A stretch of 64,000 nucleotides of DNA from Schmidtea polychroa (taxonomy: Eukaryota), in assembly GCA_044892525.1 (NCBI GenBank), contig CM097887.1, positions 25,358,001-25,422,000 on the forward strand, written 5' to 3'. Positions within the stretch are counted from its first letter, which is position 1. Each line of letters begins with the position of its first letter. Positions 60,033 through 64,000 of the stretch are shown one piece after another. A program made the translations under genes and the position numbers. Under the pieces are notes generated by a model that saw only the letters and a list, made by a program, of their open reading frames with translations, did not search any database and was not told the DNA's origin.

Positions 60033-63000
60033 TGATTTAGGCTAAATGATAATTTCATTAGCCAGCAATCGGTTTATATATTCCTGAATGATTACCATCG
60101 ACATGTCTATGCGTGTGTTGATGGCAGCGGTCAACCGACCATCGATTTATTGGGTGTTGATATAAATTTGCAGTTCGTATGCATGATTCACTCCGAGTAT
60201 GTGGTCATTCTCTAGAGTTTCTGGGATTGCATGTCTACGTTCGTTCTTTTTCTCCTGCCTTCTATGGCCTTCATATGACAACAAAACCGTTAAAACTCAA
60301 TTTCAAATTGTAGATAGTTTGCATTCCATGGATATATACAAATACACAACACAAATCACAAATCAACACACACATACAGTCAACAGTCTGTAACACACCA
60401 ACAAGATCGAAATGTGACTTGAAAATGTGTTACACGTCGACCCTTCGTCGACAAGCCCAAGCGAATCACTCTGTACAATGTCTATCACACACATATTGAC
60501 CTGCACACTCTGATTGAATTACACTGGGCAGATGTTTTATATTTCCAACTTTCACATTTTCGTATTTCCCATATCATCGTACGCCAAACCATGAGGCACT
60601 GCACACGCATACATACATGCCATTTACTTAGAAAGGTCATTTCAGTTTAGCTCTTACCTGAAATCGGATTAATCATTGCCTTACCTCATAAATTCTCGTA
60701 GGTCAATTTAGTTAGGGTTATTGGCTGCATAATTACTACGTTTTTAGATTTGCTATTTAAACGATGTCATGTACCACACTCGTGAGTGATCTTATCGTGA
60801 TTCAAAATCCATAGCTGTTGACGAGAAACGGTCGATCCCAGTGGCCAGGCAAACAGTGATTTTGGCTGTCCGATTAAGAATCTTAATTCGGCGAGTTTTA
60901 AGTTGAGCATGAGATCAACATCTAGACCTGAAAACGCTATTTACTTTGCAGAACAGTAGGCATCTATGAAATGATGATTCATATTTACTCTATTTAGTTT
61001 GGGTCTACAAATTCTTACTGCGAACTGGATTAGCAGAAAATGAACGAGATCAAAAGGGTATAAGCTGATGAAGCGCTAACGAGAGAAGGAAAATTATAAA
61101 GGGAGATGTGGATTCCAAAATGAAGTCCTACTGATGATAAGGACCTAGTGAGGAATCTAATAAATATGAAATTTGATATTGTTTGGAGTTCATATTCTAG
61201 ATTTCTGCTGACGTGTAGGGTTTATTTGTGTTAGTTTGGTCGAGACACTAACTGGAATCTATTCCACCGTTTACACTGTAAACTTTACAGTATTGAATAT
61301 TATCAATAAACATTGGTCTTATTTGTCTCATTGAATTATTCATTAATACGCTTATTCATGTCAGTTGTTAGTTAACGAGATTCGCCATTGAATCTATCAT
61401 GAGCAAAGCTAATCAAATGTTCGCTAAGGATAATCGCTATTGCGTTTACTGGCTACAAATAGATAAATTATGAATGAAAATCAAATCATTTAATTGAAAC
61501 CTTGGATCTTCGCAAGTCTAACCCATCAATAACTATTGGAATAAAGTATTTTTATTAAGAATTTTTAGAAAGAAGTATGTCTAGGAAAAAGTTTGAATCA
61601 TTCCATAGTTCTTGCTAGTACTAAAATTATAGAGGTTCTCCCAAATAAGCTACCCTAAAATTAAACACAAAAAAACAATCAGGAGCCTATGAAATATCAG
61701 TTCATAGCATCTGCTAACGAAAACTATAAAAGTAATAACTAATAATATGATTTTAAGAGAATATAACTTAATCAATTGGATCATTATTTAACTCAAATTA
61801 AATTTACCTTTATAAATAAGCAAATTTGAACAAATGATAAAGAAAATATAGAAATTATTAAACTATCATGAAATTGTAATATTCATCTTACCATAAACTA
61901 CATTAGCAATGACATCAGGGTGGGTTTTGTATCAGTACATTTGTTTATGATCCTTTTAGATGTTGGTATTCTAAGAATTTATCAAGGTTTGATACCCCTT
62001 TGAAAAATTTGGACAGGGTTCTCCCTGCAATTTACCCATTAATGGATTCGTTAGTTTGGTGTATGTAGTTCCAAATCATCTTCTGCCTCCATTATACAGC
62101 TATAGTTCATGATAATTTAGTTCAACTGGTGGTTCTGAAGTCATAACTCATAGTCTCAAAATAGCATTATTGTAGTGTACATAAGGTTAAGTCTACGGTT
62201 ATCGTATATTCCCTTGGCCGATATGACGTCGGAAAATATACCCTTAGTGGTTTGTATGATGTCAAATTAAATGGTGATTTTAGATATGTCGTATACTACT
62301 TGCACTAAATGTCTGATTAATTAATAAAATTGTTCGATTTCCCGGCGGACTCAACACAGTACGTCGAAGCTTAGTGTTGTATAAGAACCGTAGCTACAGC
62401 CGAACCAAAAAGTCCGTTGTAACCGCCAATGAATCAATTAAAAACATATTTATCGCCAAACTAACTTGGTCACATCAAAGTATTTTTAAGCAGATACACT
62501 ACACCGTATACACAGTGCAGTTAACCGCCACTCCGGGTTAGTGAATCATTTAAATTCTTGCATTTGCACGCTGTGGACCTCATACACTAGCATAGATGCT
62601 GGATTGGTTAGGTCCTGATCATTGATAAAAATCAAATAATCTAATCATTTTTATTATTTCCTTTTTTTAATGTTTTTATATTCAATTGGGTTTATATTTT
62701 CAATCCATGATAACCTTCAAATTTGATTATTTCAATTTTTTTTACAGATTCTTGTTCTGAAGTATATACGAATTCCTTTTTTGTATGTCAATCCCTGATC
62801 AGAGTTATTATTGTAGATGAACAGATTATAATAAATATTATAAATAGAATGTATATTAATTATAACAACTACTTTATATAGAAAAAGAAATAAACGACCT
62901 ATATTTAGCAATAAAATATTACTGAAAATAAATAATAATTATAAATAGTAATTTTTGATTTATTTTAATTTAAAATTTTTTGTATAAAAGGGCATATTTT

Positions 63001-64000
63001 ACCAGTACAAAGGACGATAGACACATAGTCACAAACGGAAACGAGACAGTCTCAAAGAAACATTTGGAGAAATAGCGAACGATAGATAGTATAAACAGGA
63101 AACCGTTTTCATAAAAATTGTTAATTGAAAATTTGTTAATAAGAAAAATACTGATAAAAAATTGGTTGAAAATTGTTGATGCAGATTGTTGAACTATTTA
63201 AAGGTAATTAACGTTTTAATCGTTATTTTACTTATACAAATTAAAGTTATTCTACAGTAGCCATTTCAGCATATTATTCTGATAGATCAGTTGTAGCAGT
63301 TTTAGCAAGGCTCAAGTTAAATACATTGAAAGGCATCAGTTTTCTAGGGAAGCCGATTTACCTTGTTTTTGTTTAAATAGCAGAGGGTAAGTATTTTAGG
63401 ACGTTACTACCGATTTTCTGGGTAGTAATCGGTAGTAACCGTCTTATTTTATCCTTGCATTGTTGAGCAGCGCTGTTGATCAATTAGGATCTTGCATTCA
63501 CCGTCTTAGAAATATCTTAGGACGATTTGTATAACCTATCTCTATTTTCTGTAGTTTAGCGGCAATTTTTGTGCAACACATTTCATTATTTTGAATTTGT
63601 ATTAAATATTTATTTTGTATTATATTTATAAAATTAATAGTTGTATATAAAAGTCGAGTTGTTGTTTTGATTTATCAAACACTAATCATTGGATTCAGAT
63701 CGAGTGAGTGTTGGTAGTATAAGTTATGGAAACGATTTTTTGAATTGTTAACTCCTGATTGGTCGATTCCATATTCTTCCAGCTTCAACGCGTTAAGAAA
63801 CCGATAACAGCCCTTCCTATTTGCATCGCAAATGAAAAAGAAGAGCGCTCCATTGATAATACTTTCGAATTATCTCCTTTTATTTCTATTATTATTGATC
63901 CTTCTTTCTGGAAAAGTGTTACTTTTGCGATAAAAATTTTTGATTCAATTTGCAAGTGTATTGGGGCTCTAGAAAGTGTAACTGCAACAATGGCAACAAC

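Overview
AT-rich eukaryotic scaffold with eight N-gaps and small (~45-nt) GT-AG introns, made almost entirely of mobile DNA. The host looks like a small invertebrate; a myxozoan-like genome is a guess. The main feature is a 10.1-kb Polinton/Maverick (adintovirus-like endogenous dsDNA virus) at 30249-40349, with AGTAGT...ACTACT ends and a 6-bp TTATTG target-site duplication. It encodes a frameshifted protein-primed PolB, two small ORFs, a packaging ATPase, a zinc finger + PLA2 + integrase fusion and a major capsid protein. A near-identical right end of a second copy occupies 1-1465. Both copies carry two tandem RNA polymerase III-type cassettes (A-box, B-box, oligo-T) beside the capsid gene; these are candidate VA-RNA-like small RNAs. 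Older Polinton relics lie at about 14040-14450 (pPolB) and about 40640-42075 (capsid and protease). The rest comprises an intact IS630/Tc1 element, a frameshifted pogo, hAT relics and MITEs, a piggyBac relic, solo LTRs (one family beginning with a conserved ~33-codon ORF tail), a Gypsy RT relic, an Rpn2 fragment and a host gene segment disrupted by a short retroposon. All calls come from motif reading only; no database searches were run.
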